DNA of 64,000 nucleotides, from positions 384,001 through 448,000 of the forward strand of contig CAXXTB010000002.1 in the NCBI GenBank assembly GCA_963676795.2, given 5' to 3'. This DNA comes from Geopsychrobacteraceae bacterium (GTDB lineage Bacteria; Desulfobacterota; Desulfuromonadia; Desulfuromonadales; Geopsychrobacteraceae). This document shows, in pieces, positions 38,277 through 48,496 of this stretch (position 1 is its first letter; every line of letters begins with the position of its first letter). The notes under the pieces are model-generated. The model saw only the letters and a list, made by a program, of their open reading frames with translations. It searched no databases and was not told the origin of the DNA. Both the position numbers and the translations under genes were made by a program.

Positions 38277-40274
38277 TTAATGGCCCCAGGAGTCTTTCCC
38301 CCGCCGCGGAGCGGCAGGTAGCTGTTGCTGTACTCTGGCTGGCTGCGAGCGTTGAGTCCCCAAGGTGAAGTGGGAGAGCATGTGCTTAAGGTGCTCGGCC
38401 TGACTGGACAGTTCCTCGGCAGCCGCTGCCGACTCCTCGGCGGTCGCCGTGTTTTGTTGCACAGCCTGATCGATCTGCCCCAGCCCCTGGTTGATCTGGC
38501 TGATACCGTTGGCCTGTTCGCTGTTGGCAATGGCGATGTCCTTGACGATCTCGGTGACTTTGCTGATCCGGCTGACGATATTCTCGAAGGCTCCCGCCGT
38601 CTGTTCAGCAATTTCCGTTCCCCGAGCGGTTTTTTCGACCGAATTGTTGATCAATGCCGAGGTCTCGCTGGCCGCTTTGGCACTGCGTGCTGCCAGGTTG
38701 CGCACCTCTTCGGCAACCACCGCGAAGCCCTTGCCGTGCTGCCCGGCGCGGGCGGCCTCGACGGCGGCATTGAGAGCCAGCAGGTTGGTCTGGAAGGCGA
38801 TCTCATCGATGACCTTGATAATTTTGCTGATACTCTGGCTGGCATCGTTGATCTCTGCCATGGCATCGATCATGGTGCTCATCTGGTCGCTGCCGTCACG
38901 GGCATCTTTGTTGGCGGCTTCGGCGAGATCCCGGGCCTGGTTGGCGTTTTCAGAGCTGGTCGTCGCCTGGGAGGCGATCTCGTTGATTGAGCTGCTGATT
39001 TCTTCCAGTGAGGCTGCGCTTTGTGTCGTTCCCTGCGACAACGACTGGCTGGAGGCTGAAACCTGGTCGCTGGCGTCGTTGATCTGATGGCCGGCCGACT
39101 GGATCTGGGTCACGATGCTGGTCAGATCCACCTGGAGTTTGTTCATGGTGCCGCGAATCTTGTCACGTTCATCCCGCGGAATCGTCTTGAAGTCAAGATT
39201 GCCATCGGCCAGTTTCTGCAGGTTCTCGACCAGCTCCTGCTGCAGGTTGTCGGCAAATCTGTTCATGGTTGCTGCCATCTCGCCGATTTCGTCAGAACGA
39301 TCCAGTTTAAGCCGGATATCGAGGTGGCCGTTTTCCAGTTCTTTGATCATGCCGACGGTCTGGGTGACAGGGCGGGCGATGCTGCGGCCGATCAGCAAGG
39401 CGATAAAGACACTGATGACAATAAAGATGATCACCAATACCGCCATCATGTAGTTGAGTGTTGTCAGAGAGGCATAGATCTCCATTTTCGGGCTGATGGC
39501 GATCAGGTACCAGTCGGTTTCGGCAATGGCGGAGTAGGCAAAAATCAGATCCTTGTTTTCGAAATTGACTTCTGTGATCCCTGCCTTGCTGTTAGCGGCG
39601 GCAGAGAAAGCCGTGCCCATGGAGCCGGGGAGTTTCTGGCCGACCAGGTCGGCAGTGGGATGAACGACAACCGATCCATCCTTGTGAATCAGTGCAGCGT
39701 AGCCGCTCTCGCCGATTTTGGTGTTGAGTACGGTTTCAACGATGAAGGTCAACGGGATATCGGCACTGACCGCGGCAATTTTCTGCCCGCCTTTTAAAAC
39801 AGGTGCCGCGAACGAGATGACGGTCTTGCCGGTATTGGCGTCAACATAGGGCTTGGTCAGGATCGCTTTGCCCCCTTCGTTGCTGGCCTGATACCATGGG
39901 CGGACCCTCGGATCATAGTTTGCCGGCGGCACCCAGCCGCTCGAATCGAGGAAGCTGCCGTCGGCCTGAAAGCCGACATAGGCTTCAATGAAGGAGCCTC
40001 CGTTGGAGATCACGGTTAACTGCCGGAGTATTTCCTCCTCCTGCTGCCGGTCGAGTTTGGCGAGTTCGCCGGCCAGTGAGACCAGCATATCTTTGCGGGC
40101 GGCTACCCACTGGTCGAATGTCCCGGCCATCTGGGTCACCAGCTCCTGGTGGCGCCCCTCAATCTGATCCGTCATCATCTTGCTCGCATTCAGGTTGACG
40201 AGGAGTGAGAAGATGAGGAGGGAAATTAAGAATGTACCGCCTGTCATCAGGATAATCTTGTTCTTCAGCTTCAT
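38277..40274 (-). CDS. Methyl-accepting chemotaxis protein with dCache sensor
   Basis: Two TMs, YDPRVRPWY and PYVDA (dCache_1), [38 protein letters not shown]. Confidence 0.95.
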   Translation of the reverse strand: MKLKNKIILMTGGTFLISLLIFSLLVNLNASKMMTDQIEGRHQELVTQMAGTFDQWVAARKDMLVSLAGELAKLDRQQEEEILRQLTVISNGGSFIEAYVGFQADGSFLDSSGWVPPANYDPRVRPWYQASNEGGKAILTKPYVDANTGKTVISFAAPVLKGGQKIAAVSADIPLTFIVETVLNTKIGESGYAALIHKDGSVVVHPTADLVGQKLPGSMGTAFSAAANSKAGITEVNFENKDLIFAYSAIAETDWYLIAISPKMEIYASLTTLNYMMAVLVIIFIVISVFIALLIGRSIARPVTQTVGMIKELENGHLDIRLKLDRSDEIGEMAATMNRFADNLQQELVENLQKLADGNLDFKTIPRDERDKIRGTMNKLQVDLTSIVTQIQSAGHQINDASDQVSASSQSLSQGTTQSAASLEEISSSINEIASQATTSSENANQARDLAEAANKDARDGSDQMSTMIDAMAEINDASQSISKIIKVIDEIAFQTNLLALNAAVEAARAGQHGKGFAVVAEEVRNLAARSAKAASETSALINNSVEKTARGTEIAEQTAGAFENIVSRISKVTEIVKDIAIANSEQANGISQINQGLGQIDQAVQQNTATAEESAAAAEELSSQAEHLKHMLSHFTLGTQRSQPARVQQQLPAAPRRGKDSWGH

Positions 40275-40544
40275 GGCAGTTCTCTCCCCTTTATAGATAG
40301 GTCGTGTTTTGAATAATCGAGGTATATGAGTAATTTTATAGAGATGTTGGCCAGTTACAAGTAGTAGGCGAGTATTTTGCGAGACAAGTCCCGAAGGTAA
40401 AGTGCGGGGCTCTGTGTTTAAAGCAAATGATTCAGGGTGACTAGTCTGTTCATCATTAAAAGGCTGAGCGCGATTTTATTTGAAGCTGAAGGATTTGATA
40501 TACTGTCTAGAACTGTTTCGGATGCTTTTCTGAAAGGTCATAAA

Positions 40545-41705
40545 ATGAAAACACCTGTCATGCTTGTTTGCATTCTGCTGGTTTTTTCTGCGTTCTTTCT
40601 CGTGTCGTGCGGCGGTGGTTCCGGAAGTAGTTCTTCGACTGGAGAGGGGACCTTGGCTCTGTCTTTGACCGATAGTACGACGGAGGAGTACAGGGCTGTT
40701 TACGTGACGATTGACAGTGTCGAGGTGCGCAGCGGCGAAGATGACGACTGGCAGGTTGTTGCCACGCCCGCTGCGACCTACAACCTGCTGGAACTGGTCA
40801 ACGGCGTTCTTGAGCCTCTGGGGCTGGATTCTCTTCCGGCTGGAGCCTACGGGCAGGTTCGGCTGATGATCGGCGTTGCAGCGGACTCCGGTATGAATAT
40901 CCTTGGCGAAGATCATCCTTTTGCCAATTATGTTGTGACCCAGTCGGATGATGTTCATGAGCTCAAGGTTCCCAGTGGCTATCAGACTGGACTTAAAATC
41001 GTCAAAGGTTTCACTATCAATGAGAACCAGACCACCGAATTGATTCTCGACTTTGATGCGGCAAGCTCGGTCGTCAAGGCGGGGGCGAGCGGTAACTATC
41101 TGCTCAAGCCGACGATCAAGATCCTGTCGACGGTTGAATATGCCCGGGCCGAAGGAACGGTGAGCGATCCCGCGACAATACCGGCCTCATTGCTGGAAGG
41201 GGCTTTTGTATCAGCGCAAACGACAACCCCTGACGCCGCAGATGCCTTTGACCAGGTGAGCCTTGCTGCAGGGACCGTTACGGACACTGGTGGCGGCTAT
41301 TCTTTGTTTCTCGATCCCGGTGCCTATAATGTTGTCGCGACAAAGAGCGGTTATATGCCTGCTTGTACGTCTCTTGAGCTGTTGTCCGGAGATCTGGCAA
41401 CCTTGGACTTCAGCCTTTCCAAGATCGATCCAGGCTCCCTGATCGACGTCTCCGGCAGTCTGGCAATGGCTGAGGCGCCAAGCGATGCTTCGGCCTCGGT
41501 CCATGTCCGCCAGCAACTGGATTGCGGTGAAAGTTCTCCCTTTGTCGTTGTCAAGGCCTTCGCGCTGGGAGATGCCGGGGGGTATGAGCTGTCACTTGCG
41601 GCGGGAACCTATCAGTTTATCGTTGCCGCTGACGGATATGAAACGGCGACCTACGATGTCGTTGTTGGGACAGAGGCGATAACCCAGGACCTGTCGTTGC
41701 AGTAA
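40545..41705 (+). CDS. DUF4382-domain lipoprotein with C-terminal beta-sandwich repeats
   Basis: Lipobox LVSC-GGGS; LSLTD, VYVTIDSVEV, LKVPSG, LILDFDA...YLLKP. Confidence 0.8.
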   Translation: MKTPVMLVCILLVFSAFFLVSCGGGSGSSSSTGEGTLALSLTDSTTEEYRAVYVTIDSVEVRSGEDDDWQVVATPAATYNLLELVNGVLEPLGLDSLPAGAYGQVRLMIGVAADSGMNILGEDHPFANYVVTQSDDVHELKVPSGYQTGLKIVKGFTINENQTTELILDFDAASSVVKAGASGNYLLKPTIKILSTVEYARAEGTVSDPATIPASLLEGAFVSAQTTTPDAADAFDQVSLAAGTVTDTGGGYSLFLDPGAYNVVATKSGYMPACTSLELLSGDLATLDFSLSKIDPGSLIDVSGSLAMAEAPSDASASVHVRQQLDCGESSPFVVVKAFALGDAGGYELSLAAGTYQFIVAADGYETATYDVVVGTEAITQDLSLQ

Positions 41706-41714
41706 GTATTGCGG

Positions 41715-42698
41715 TTACTGAAAGAGAACCCTCAGTGCTAGATGGAAATTGACGTCGGGAGCCGAATCAACATAGATGTCTTCGCTGACGGCGAGATCAA
41801 GGCTGGACTTGTCGCTGATATCGAGTGAGCCGCCGATAATCAGCTGCACCGACTCTCCGAGTTCGCGGAGGGTACTGTTGTGGTAGAAGGCCGTGTGGCC
41901 ATCGAATTGAGCTTTGAGTGCCAGCTGGCGGTAGGCCTGCCAGCTGGCGCCCAGGGTTCCGAAGGCAACGGCCCGGTTCTGTTGCTTGGTCAGGACGTCT
42001 CCTTCGCTCATCAGCAGCCCGCCGAGGGCTGCGAACCCCGTGAGGTTGTGCCCGGATGTCGAATGTGAACCACTGAACCAGATCGCCAGGTCGCTGCCGC
42101 CGCTGCCGGTCAGCTTTTCCGCTTCACCCGTCGGGAGTTTCAGGCTGGCGCGCAGTGTAAGGGCGGTGGTCTCAGTGCCTTCGAGCTGCCAGCCACCGGT
42201 CAGGCTGACATCGCCGAACCCCGCTTCTCTTTGGTGCAGATCGATCCGGGTTGTTGTCTTGGTGTAATGGTAGTTCAGCTGATCGCGTTCGAGGCTGTTT
42301 CTTTCCCCTTCCGGAAATCCAAAGCTTTCATGCCAGTTGTCGATGAGCCTGTCGAGGAATCCTCCGCTATGGCTGATATAGGGCAGTTCCATGCCGATTT
42401 CAAGATTGTGACCGATGCCGTGCTTCAGCCTGAGGCGGCTGCGGTATGTCTCGCCGTCGAGGAGAATGCCCTCATCCTTCGCCGAACTGATGCTGCATGA
42501 ATTTGCAATATCGCTGCGCAGCTGAACTTCTGTTGCCTGTGCGGGGAGAACCTCGGAAGAGTCTGCTGCCGGCAGACCGTAGATCGTGACCAGAGGGTTC
42601 TGGTTGGTGGTGGCAAAGGGGGTCGGGCGGGCCGCCAGGGCATGAGATGGCAGGCCGAAAATGATCAGAACTGCAGTAAGAAATGTTTTGCTCTTCAT
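41715..42698 (-). CDS. Predicted outer-membrane beta-barrel protein (DUF3187-like)
   Basis: Signal peptide, NQNP, GGFLDRLIDNWH, VSEDI...APDV, amphipathic strands. Confidence 0.7.
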   Translation of the reverse strand: MKSKTFLTAVLIIFGLPSHALAARPTPFATTNQNPLVTIYGLPAADSSEVLPAQATEVQLRSDIANSCSISSAKDEGILLDGETYRSRLRLKHGIGHNLEIGMELPYISHSGGFLDRLIDNWHESFGFPEGERNSLERDQLNYHYTKTTTRIDLHQREAGFGDVSLTGGWQLEGTETTALTLRASLKLPTGEAEKLTGSGGSDLAIWFSGSHSTSGHNLTGFAALGGLLMSEGDVLTKQQNRAVAFGTLGASWQAYRQLALKAQFDGHTAFYHNSTLRELGESVQLIIGGSLDISDKSSLDLAVSEDIYVDSAPDVNFHLALRVLFQ

Positions 42699-42746
42699 AA
42701 TTCCGCCAGTCTGCATTGATGAAATGCATGATGGGCTGAGAAAATA

Positions 42747-42760
42747 ATGACAAATGTCAT
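42747..42760. promoter_or_regulatory. Palindrome upstream of the sigma54 activator gene (possible autoregulatory site)
   Basis: ATGACA-AA-TGTCAT, matching the two boxes at 44386-44419. Confidence 0.55.
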
Positions 42761-42861
42761 AATTCGACTTGCAAGGATAGCACGAATGCGTGTTATCTAT
42801 GGAGGGTTTTCGGGGCGTGCCTGTTCGTGTTGCCACGCTGATTTTGAAGGTTGGAACGAAT

Positions 42862-44364
42862 ATGAAGAGATCTGTAGATGTGATTGACGGGCTTTTGCGG
42901 CGGATAAGGGGCGAGGGACAGCCGGTTTCCGCCGATCAGGCGGAAGCTCTGGATGAGTTGCGCCAGTGTCTGAGCGATGTCCGAAACAAGACGATCGAGT
43001 TTGAGGAGATCGCCAACCATCTCTATGACGGGCTCTATGTCGCGGATGGTGAGGGCAATACCCTGTTCATAAACAACGCATACACGCGCATAACCGGCAT
43101 CACGCCGGAGATGGTGCTGGGGCGTAGCGTCAATGATATCGTCAATGATTATATTTACAAGAATGCTGTCACCTCCGAAGTGATCAAGCAGAAAAAGACG
43201 GTCAGTTCGATCGGCGAGAGCCTGCTCAACAAGAAGAAGATGCTGATCACCGGGTCGCCGATCCTCGATGAAAGCGGCAATGTCAAAAAGGTCGTTATCA
43301 ATAACCGGGCATTGACTGATCTGGATGAGCTCAAGACTCAGCTGGAAAAAGCCAGGAATAAGCTGAAGACCTCCCAGGAGGAGAATCAGGCCAAGAATTT
43401 TGAGCTGCAGCACCTGCGCAAAAGCCAGATCGACAGCAGTTCCTTTGTCGGCGAGTGCCTGGCGCTACAGAACATCAAGACCCTGGTTGAGCAGGTGGCG
43501 CCGACCGACGCTTCGGTCCTGATTACCGGGGAGACCGGTACGGGCAAGGAGGTTGTGGCTAACGAAATCGTCAAGAACAGCCAGCGTAGCGATAAGCCCT
43601 TCATCAAGATCAACTGCAGCGCTATCCCGGAAACGTTGCTGGAGAGCGAACTGTTCGGTTATGAAAAGGGGGCCTTTACCGGCGCGAACAAGGATGGCCA
43701 CCATGGGCTGTTTGAAATCGCCAACGGCGGCACGCTGCTGCTCGACGAAATCGGCGACATGCCGCTCAAGCTTCAGAGTAAACTGCTGCGGGTTCTGCAG
43801 GGGAAGGAAGTGCAGCGTATCGGCGCTCACCGTTCTATCGCGGTGGATGTCAGAATCATTTCCTCGACCAACAAGGATCTCCGCCAGGAGATCAACGAGG
43901 GGCGCTTCAGGGAGGACCTCTTTTACCGGATAAATGTCCTGCCGATCAATATGCCGCCACTGTCTGAACGCGGCGATGATCTGCTCCTCTTCAAGGATTA
44001 TTTCCTTGACAAATATAACAAAAAGTATTCAAAGGATCTGGCGCTCGACAGCAAGACAATCCGGGTTCTGCGGGGCTATGACTGGCCCGGAAATATCCGT
44101 GAGTTTGAAAATATCATTGAGCGGTTGGTGATTATCGCCCAGAATTCCCGGGACGCATTCGGGATCGTTGAAGCGATGTTGCAGGTAGATGATTCCTATG
44201 CTACAAATATGGGGAAGTCATACCGTGAGATAGTTCTAGACTTTGAGAGACAGCTCATAAAAAAAGCGCTGGAAAAGTACCGGACCACCACTGAAGCCGC
44301 CAAACACCTCAAGCTTGACCAGTCAACGATCGTGAAAAAGAAAAAGCGCCTGGGGATAAAATAG
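42862..44364 (+). CDS. Sigma54-dependent transcriptional activator (PAS-AAA+-HTH)
   Basis: PAS region, GETGTGKE, ESELFGYEKGAFTGA, LLLDEIG, WPGNIRE, C-terminal HTH. Confidence 0.95.
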   Translation: MKRSVDVIDGLLRRIRGEGQPVSADQAEALDELRQCLSDVRNKTIEFEEIANHLYDGLYVADGEGNTLFINNAYTRITGITPEMVLGRSVNDIVNDYIYKNAVTSEVIKQKKTVSSIGESLLNKKKMLITGSPILDESGNVKKVVINNRALTDLDELKTQLEKARNKLKTSQEENQAKNFELQHLRKSQIDSSSFVGECLALQNIKTLVEQVAPTDASVLITGETGTGKEVVANEIVKNSQRSDKPFIKINCSAIPETLLESELFGYEKGAFTGANKDGHHGLFEIANGGTLLLDEIGDMPLKLQSKLLRVLQGKEVQRIGAHRSIAVDVRIISSTNKDLRQEINEGRFREDLFYRINVLPINMPPLSERGDDLLLFKDYFLDKYNKKYSKDLALDSKTIRVLRGYDWPGNIREFENIIERLVIIAQNSRDAFGIVEAMLQVDDSYATNMGKSYREIVLDFERQLIKKALEKYRTTTEAAKHLKLDQSTIVKKKKRLGIK

Positions 44365-44385
44365 AAGCTGATGTATGACAGATTT

Positions 44386-44419
44386 ATGAAAATCGTCATT
44401 TTTTTATGACATTTTTCAT
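44386..44419. promoter_or_regulatory. Tandem candidate upstream activator sites
   Basis: ATGAAAATCGTCAT (44386-44399) and ATGACATTTTTCAT (44406-44419), 20-bp period. Confidence 0.6.
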
Positions 44420-44494
44420 AGGATGGCCTGTAAATAAATGTTCACTTAGAGGCAGCCTCAAGTGTTTTCAGGGGGTTGTCTTCTATGTTGTGCT

Positions 44495-44510
44495 TGGTAC
44501 GGCTATTGCT
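44495..44510 (+). promoter_or_regulatory. Sigma54 -24/-12 promoter
   Basis: TGGTACGGCTATTGCT with correct GG-N10-GC spacing, 42 bp before the BKACE start. Confidence 0.85.
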
Positions 44511-44551
44511 ATATAGCCCGGAATACTCATAACTACATGGAGGTTAAAAAC

Positions 44552-45382
44552 ATGGCAAAAACTATCATTACTGTCGCTGTGACTGGTGCTTGGCCAAAGA
44601 AGAAAGACAACCCGAACGTTCCGATGACTCCTTCCGAGATCGCCGACGACGTTTACGCATGCTGGAAAGCAGGCGCTGCGGTTGCTCACCTGCACATGCG
44701 TGATGATGAAGGTAATGGTACCATGAGCGCTGACAAGTTCCGCGAAACTCAGCAGCTCATCAAGTCAAGATACCCTGATTGTGACGTTATCCTCAACTAC
44801 ACCACCTCCGGCGATCTGAACGCGACCGACGAAACCCGTATGGCTCACCTGATCGAGCTCAAGCCTGACATGGCTTCCTACGACTGCGGTACCATGAACT
44901 GGGGCCACAGCACCCTGTTCGTCAACCATCCAAAATTCCTGGAAAAATTGGGTGAAGTTCTGATTGAGAACAACATCAAGCCAGAAGTTGAGATCTTCGA
45001 CGCAGGGATGTTCTACAACTCCCGTTACTACGTCAAAAAGAACTTCCTGAAAGAGCCGGTTCACTACCAGTTCGTTCTCGGCGCTCCTGGCGGTTCCACT
45101 GCGACCGTTGAAAACCTGGTTTACCTGAAGAGCCTGCTGCCGGAAAACTGCACCTGGTCCGCTTTCGGTATCGGCCGTGGTCACCTGCCAATCATGTACG
45201 CTACCCTGGCCCTCGGCGGTCACCTGCGCGTCGGTCTGGAAGACAACGTCATGTACGACAAGGACACTCTGGCTACCGGTAACGTTCAGCTGATCGAGCG
45301 TGCTGTTCGTGCTGCCCGCGAATTCGGTAACGAAATCGCAACCGCAGCTGAAGCTCGCGAAATGCTGAGCATTAAGAAATAA
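44552..45382 (+). CDS. Beta-keto acid cleavage enzyme (BKACE/DUF849, Kce family); candidate triacetate-cleaving enzyme
   Basis: IITVAVTG, AGAAVAHLHMRD, KPEVEIFD, GGHLRVGLEDN. Confidence 0.93.
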   Translation: MAKTIITVAVTGAWPKKKDNPNVPMTPSEIADDVYACWKAGAAVAHLHMRDDEGNGTMSADKFRETQQLIKSRYPDCDVILNYTTSGDLNATDETRMAHLIELKPDMASYDCGTMNWGHSTLFVNHPKFLEKLGEVLIENNIKPEVEIFDAGMFYNSRYYVKKNFLKEPVHYQFVLGAPGGSTATVENLVYLKSLLPENCTWSAFGIGRGHLPIMYATLALGGHLRVGLEDNVMYDKDTLATGNVQLIERAVRAAREFGNEIATAAEAREMLSIKK

Positions 45383-45400
45383 GGAAAGGCGAATCTACCC

Positions 45401-46360
45401 ATGATTAAGAATATCGCCGTTATTGGTGGCGGAACCATGGGGCATTCGATTGCCCTGAACTTCGCGATCTACGAGTACCCGGTTCAGCTCTGGGTTACCC
45501 GTCAGAAGTACATCGATGAGCTGCCAGGCATCATGGCTGGCCGTCTTGGTGTCCTTGCTGATGAAAACATGCTCAATGGCCAGACTGTTGAGCAGGTTCT
45601 CGAGCGTATCACTATCACCATGGACAAAAAAGCTGCAACCATCGATGCTGACTACATCATCGAAGCGGTTCCTGAAGATGCAGCGATCAAGGCTGACCTG
45701 TTTGAAGAGCTGGACGGCTGGTGTAAAGAGACCTGTATCTTTGCCACCAACACCTCTTCGCTGACCCTGGCTGATTGCATGGCCAAGCTGCCGGAATCCC
45801 GCAAGCAGCGCACCCTGGTTTGCCACTGGTACAACCCACCACTGCTGATGCCGATTGCCGAGCTGTCCAACTTCGGCAACATGCCAGCCGAGATCCTGGC
45901 TGAAGTTGAAGAGTTGTACAACTCCATCAACAAGGTTGTCGTCAAGGTTGACAAGGAAGTTCCTGGTCTGGTTGCCAACCGTATCCAGCAGGCCGTTGCC
46001 CGTGAGGTCTTCTGGCTGATGGCTAACGAAGTTGCTTCCCCGGCAGACATCGACAAGGGTCTGATGTATGGTCCGGCTTTCCGTTACGCAACGACCGGCC
46101 AGCTGCAGGTTGCAGACTTCGGCGGTCTCGACATCTGGTGTGTTGTCGGTGACAACCTGCTGTCCGTTATGGACAACTCGCAGAAAGCCAATGACATCCT
46201 GCGTAACAAGGTTCAAGCTGGCGAACTGGGCTTCAAGTCCGGCAAAGGCTTCTTTGATTACAGCACTGTCAACGGTGAGGAGCTGCAGAAGGACTACCTT
46301 AAGCGTCTGATCAACCAGCTTAAAGCCAGCGAGTTTTACAAGAAGCAGTTCGAAAAATAA
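45401..46360 (+). CDS. 3-hydroxyacyl-CoA dehydrogenase family protein; candidate free 3-hydroxy-acid dehydrogenase
   Basis: GGGTMG, EAVPED, ATNTSS, HWYNPP, PGLVANRIQ. Confidence 0.9.
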   Translation: MIKNIAVIGGGTMGHSIALNFAIYEYPVQLWVTRQKYIDELPGIMAGRLGVLADENMLNGQTVEQVLERITITMDKKAATIDADYIIEAVPEDAAIKADLFEELDGWCKETCIFATNTSSLTLADCMAKLPESRKQRTLVCHWYNPPLLMPIAELSNFGNMPAEILAEVEELYNSINKVVVKVDKEVPGLVANRIQQAVAREVFWLMANEVASPADIDKGLMYGPAFRYATTGQLQVADFGGLDIWCVVGDNLLSVMDNSQKANDILRNKVQAGELGFKSGKGFFDYSTVNGEELQKDYLKRLINQLKASEFYKKQFEK

Positions 46361-46575
46361 GCAACACCCCGTCGCCGCAGAGAGTATGAAAAACTTCATA
46401 CCCTCTGCGGTGATTCTTTAGAGGTTGAATAAATTCTCGAAATACCTGATGGAAGCACTCTCTCCCTCCCTGGCTTGTCAGGGGGGGAGAATTGTGTGTT
46501 CCTTCAACTACGGCTTGGTAAATATTTATACAAGTCGCACGTAATATCTTTCCTACAATTTTTAAGGAGTTAGTC

Positions 46576-47757
46576 ATGGAAGAAGTTTACATTGTTGGCG
46601 CTGCCCGTACCCCACTCGGAAGTTTCGGCGGTACCCTCAAAGATACCCCTGCGGTTGATCTCGGCGCTATTGCTATCGAAGCTGCTCTGGAGCGTGCCGG
46701 CGTTGCCAAGGAAGATGTCGATGAAGTCATGTTCGGTTGCGTTCTGCAGGGTGGCCAGGGCCAGAACGTCGCTCGTCAGGTTCTGATCAAGGCCGGTATC
46801 CCTCAGGAAAAACCAGCTCATACTGTAAACATCGTCTGTGGTTCCGGTCTGCGTACTGTTGGTTCCGCTGCACAAGCTATTAAGGCCGGTGATGCTGACA
46901 TCGTTGTTGCCGGTGGTACCGAGAACATGAGCCTCGCTGCTTACGCTCTGCCTAAGGCAAGAACCGGTTACCGCATGGGTAACGGCGAGCTGGTTGACAT
47001 GATGGTCAACGATGGTCTGTGGGATGCGTTCAACAACTTCCACATGGGGATCACCGCTGAAAACCTGGCTGAAAAATACAACCTGAGCCGTGAAGAGCAG
47101 GACGCATTTGCTGCTCAGAGCCAGAACCGCGCCGAAGCTGCGATCACTTCCGGCCGCTTCAAGGATGAGATCGTTCCTGTTGTCATTCCTCAGCGTAAAG
47201 GCGACCCAGTCGTTTTCGATACCGACGAATTCCCTAAATTCGGTGCAACTGCTGCCGGTCTTGCTAAGCTGCGTCCAGCTTTCAAGAAGGACGGTACCGT
47301 TACCGCCGGTAACGCTTCCGGTGTTAACGACGGTGCTGCCGCCATCATCGTTGCCAGCGCCAAAGCTGTCAAAGAAAAAGGCCTGAAGCCAATGGCCAAG
47401 ATCGTTTCCTTCTCCGTTTACGGTTGCGATCCTAAGATCATGGGTATCGGTCCTGTTGAATCGACCCGCGAAGCTCTGAAAAAAGCTGGCTGGACCGTTG
47501 CTGACCTCGACCTGATCGAAGCCAACGAAGCTTTCGCTTCCCAGGCTCTGTCGGTTATGAAGGAACTGGAACTGAACCCAGAGATCACCAACGTTAACGG
47601 TGGTGCTATCGCTATCGGTCACCCGATCGGTTCTTCCGGTGCCCGTGTTCTGACCACTCTGCTCTTCGAAATGGAAAAACGCGACGCTAAAAAAGGTCTG
47701 GCAACTCTGTGTATCGGCGGTGGTATGGGTATCGCTATGTGTGTTGAGCGCGCCTAA
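46576..47757 (+). CDS. Acetyl-CoA C-acetyltransferase (thiolase)
   Basis: [24 protein letters not shown]. Confidence 0.96.
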   Translation: MEEVYIVGAARTPLGSFGGTLKDTPAVDLGAIAIEAALERAGVAKEDVDEVMFGCVLQGGQGQNVARQVLIKAGIPQEKPAHTVNIVCGSGLRTVGSAAQAIKAGDADIVVAGGTENMSLAAYALPKARTGYRMGNGELVDMMVNDGLWDAFNNFHMGITAENLAEKYNLSREEQDAFAAQSQNRAEAAITSGRFKDEIVPVVIPQRKGDPVVFDTDEFPKFGATAAGLAKLRPAFKKDGTVTAGNASGVNDGAAAIIVASAKAVKEKGLKPMAKIVSFSVYGCDPKIMGIGPVESTREALKKAGWTVADLDLIEANEAFASQALSVMKELELNPEITNVNGGAIAIGHPIGSSGARVLTTLLFEMEKRDAKKGLATLCIGGGMGIAMCVERA

Positions 47758-47797
47758 GTTCTTTTTGTCGATAACTCCATTTTTAGAGGGTTGAACT

Positions 47798-48496
47798 ATG
47801 AACAAGGAAGTTAGCCTCAAAGAGGCTATGTCCCACATTAAAAGTGGGCAGACCGTCATGGTGAACGGTTTTCTGGGTGTCAAAAGCCCTGAGACCGTTA
47901 TCGATGCCATGGTCAAGCAGGAGATTGGCGATCTGACCCTGATTGCCACCGATACCGCAATGCCGGGTAAAGGTGCCAGTAAGCTGATCGCCAAAAGACT
48001 GGTCAAGAAGCTCTACGCTTCCCACATCGGCACCAACCCTGAAACCGGCCGTCAGATGAACTCCGATGAACTGGACGTTGAACTGGTTCCTCAGGGCACT
48101 CTGGCTGAGCGTATCCGCTGCGGCGGTTCCGGTATCGGTGGTTTCCTGACCCCGACCGGTGCTGGTACTCTGGTCGAAGAAGGTAAGCAGAAGCTGACCA
48201 TCGACGGCAAGGACTACATCCTCGAACTGCCTCTGCATGCGGATGTTGCCGTTATCAGAGGGTCGGTTGTCGACCGTATGGGTAACGTCTACTACCGTGG
48301 TACGACCAAGAACTTCAGTATCGTTATGGCAATGGCCGCTGATTACGTTATCGTCGAAGCTGACCTGATCGTCGAGGTTGGTGAACTTGGCCCGGATATG
48401 ATCATGACCCCGGGTGTGTTCGTCGATGCGATCATCCAGACCGAAGAGGCATACCAGGGTGATGCTGAGAAGTTGAAGGAGAGTATTCATGGCTGA
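47798..48496 (+). CDS. 3-oxoacid/acetoacetate CoA-transferase subunit A (AtoD/CtfA-like)
   Basis: SHIGTNPE, PQGTLAERIRCGGSG, TPTGAGT. Confidence 0.92.
   Translation: MNKEVSLKEAMSHIKSGQTVMVNGFLGVKSPETVIDAMVKQEIGDLTLIATDTAMPGKGASKLIAKRLVKKLYASHIGTNPETGRQMNSDELDVELVPQGTLAERIRCGGSGIGGFLTPTGAGTLVEEGKQKLTIDGKDYILELPLHADVAVIRGSVVDRMGNVYYRGTTKNFSIVMAMAADYVIVEADLIVEVGELGPDMIMTPGVFVDAIIQTEEAYQGDAEKLKESIHG

Noticed and set aside
40312..40340. Possible sigma28 promoter for the MCP gene
   Set aside because: The -10 match is weak (CTCGATTA) and spacing is off; not supportable.
44552..45382. Lysine-fermentation kce assignment
   Set aside because: The family match is real, but kamA, kamDE, kdd and kal are absent from the operon, so no gene symbol was given.
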